IMG/VR virus record: IMGVR_UViG_3300045988_023566
Location: 1 to 30,639 of that record
Reading direction: 5' to 3' (one strand)
From: a virus
DNA length: 30,639 bases
Part shown: positions 30,183 through 30,639 of the stretch, one piece after another
Position numbering within the stretch: the first letter of the stretch is position 1
How the letters are laid out: the number at the start of each line of letters is the position of its first letter
Program-made: the position numbers and the translations under genes
The notes under the pieces: generated by a model
What the model was told of the DNA's origin: nothing
The model's input: only the letters and a program-made list of their open reading frames with translations
Database searches by the model: none

Positions 30183-30189
30183 ATTGCCA

Positions 30190-30195
30190 ATTATA
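30190..30195 (-). promoter_or_regulatory. Late-operon -10 box TATAAT, 7 nt upstream of the TerS ATG
   Basis: The minus strand reads ttggaTATAATtggcaatATG. No clear -35 is present; that position is occupied by the upstream terminator stem. Confidence 0.55.
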
Positions 30196-30206
30196 TCCAA
30201 ATAAGG

Positions 30207-30240
30207 GAAAAGCCCCACGTTGTGGTGGGGCTGTGTTTTT
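30207..30240 (-). terminator. Terminator of the leftward early operon (bidirectional-looking)
   Basis: AGCCCCAC-gttgtg-GTGGGGCT (30211-30232). On the minus strand it is followed by TTTTCCCTTATTT; on the + strand by gtgTTTTT. Confidence 0.75.
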
Positions 30241-30376
30241 AGCTGAGGATGAAGCCGATGAGGAGCTTCATGAGGGCTATCGTACCTGTCGCGCCGAGGA
30301 TTGTCACGGCTGTGAGGAGGAGGTAGGCGGCGATGGTGCCTATCTTATAGCTGAGTGGATGCTTTTTGGGGTTCAT
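30239..30376 (-). CDS. Small hydrophobic membrane protein (45 aa); below the ORF-track cutoff
   Basis: SD gaaaggaacacaATG. MNPKKHPLSYKIGTIAAYLLLTAVTILGATGTIALMKLLIGFILS*. Confidence 0.6.
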   Translation of the reverse strand: MNPKKHPLSYKIGTIAAYLLLTAVTILGATGTIALMKLLIGFILS

Positions 30377-30390
30377 TGTGTTCCTTTCTG

Positions 30391-30639
30391 TCACCATTCG
30401 TCATTGTAGGATTGTGCGGACGGGGCGGGCTGGTTGATGTTGCTCCATGGGTCCTGTCGTTGTGGCGTGGACTGTTGTGGCGTGGACTGCTGGGCTGGGG
30501 CTTTCTTCAGGACCATGGTAATGGTCGCGTAGTTGATGGTGAAGTCGGTGCGTGGCTGTCCGTTGCGGTCGGTGCCGGTCTGCCATTTCAGGTCGCCTTC
30601 GACGCGTACCGGGGTGCCTTTGTGGAGGTTCTGGAGGTA
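30391..30639 (-). CDS. ssb: SSB, C-terminal part (30499-30639 duplicates 1-141)
   Basis: The same frame continues ...KKAPAQQSTPQQSTPQRQDPWSNINQPAPSAQSYNDEW*. This is a Pro/Gln-rich linker with a tandem QSTPQ repeat and an acidic-aromatic tip (NDEW), as in SSB C-terminal tails. Stop at 30391-30393. Confidence 0.85.
   Translation of the reverse strand, partial: YLQNLHKGTPVRVEGDLKWQTGTDRNGQPRTDFTINYATITMVLKKAPAQQSTPQQSTPQRQDPWSNINQPAPSAQSYNDEW
30499..30639. repeat. Terminal direct repeat, copy 2 of 2
   Basis: Identical to nt 1-141. Confidence 0.95.

Noticed and set aside
29793-30218. Track start codons giving N-terminal extensions: TerS 30218, HTH 2256, 22236..22967, 22673..23131, 5249, 9401, 11547, 7442, 7921, 8436, 21339, 24037 and 16521.
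   Set aside because: Internal ATGs are preceded by AAAGGA/GGAGG Shine-Dalgarno sites at 5-9 nt or by a -10 box at 7 nt (leaderless). The extensions are low-complexity or would include promoter or terminator sequence or the upstream gene.
1-30639. Integrase, attP, CI repressor, tRNA genes, reverse transcriptase (DGR/retron) or partition ATPase.
   Set aside because: None of the six-frame ORFs shows the corresponding signatures (no R..H..R..Y recombinase, no YxDD, no ParA Walker box beyond TerL and the DnaC-like loader). No cloverleaf-like GTTCRAnnC T-loop context was seen. Absence by eye is not proof; a profile or tRNAscan search should confirm it.

Overview
The window appears to be a complete, circularly permuted tailed dsDNA phage genome with about 30,498 bp of unique sequence. 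Nt 1-141 are identical to 30499-30639, and an ssb gene is split across the window ends. No integrase, CI-type repressor, tRNA or CRISPR array was seen. AAAGGAG-type Shine-Dalgarno sites, several leaderless genes, a PGRP-type amidase endolysin and moderately high GC suggest a Gram-positive, probably actinobacterial, host; this is inference. Layout on the circle: (i) A leftward early operon starts at a consensus promoter at 2255-2283. It encodes an Xis/MerR-like HTH, two tandem Bro-N/KilAC antirepressors, SSB and a small membrane protein. (ii) It is followed on the same strand by a roughly 15-kb leftward late operon (30182 down to 14884): TerS, TerL, portal-MuF fusion, Com-like zinc ribbon, protease-scaffold-capsid fusion, collagen-like mini-protein, connector proteins, major tail protein with an Ig-like domain, G/T chaperones, tape measure, Dit, Tal and two fibre proteins. 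(iii) A leftward lysis cassette lies at 14490-13130, with one oppositely oriented TM/coiled-coil gene wedged in front of it. (iv) A rightward early/middle region (2568-13055) is cut into about 8 transcription units. It encodes dUTPase, DUF1064, a replication organizer, a DnaC-like loader, three acidic paralogs, DUF3310, Erf, a YqaJ-like exonuclease, a CxxC thioredoxin-fold protein, a membrane protein and two HTH proteins. The most unusual observations are as follows. First, a 1.1-kb gene-free hub (3747-4860) carries four repeat families, an AT-rich block and two copies of a roughly 80-nt hairpin element. Second, there is a very strong keto/amino strand asymmetry that follows the DNA strand rather than gene orientation, giving mirror-image codon usage; its polarity switches near 2.3 kb and 20.0-20.6 kb. 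Third, a GGCGTGTC motif and extended -10 boxes recur through the rightward region. Fourth, several leaderless genes have a -10 hexamer exactly 7 nt before the ATG. All functional calls come from reading the translated ORFs and motifs by eye; no database search was run.
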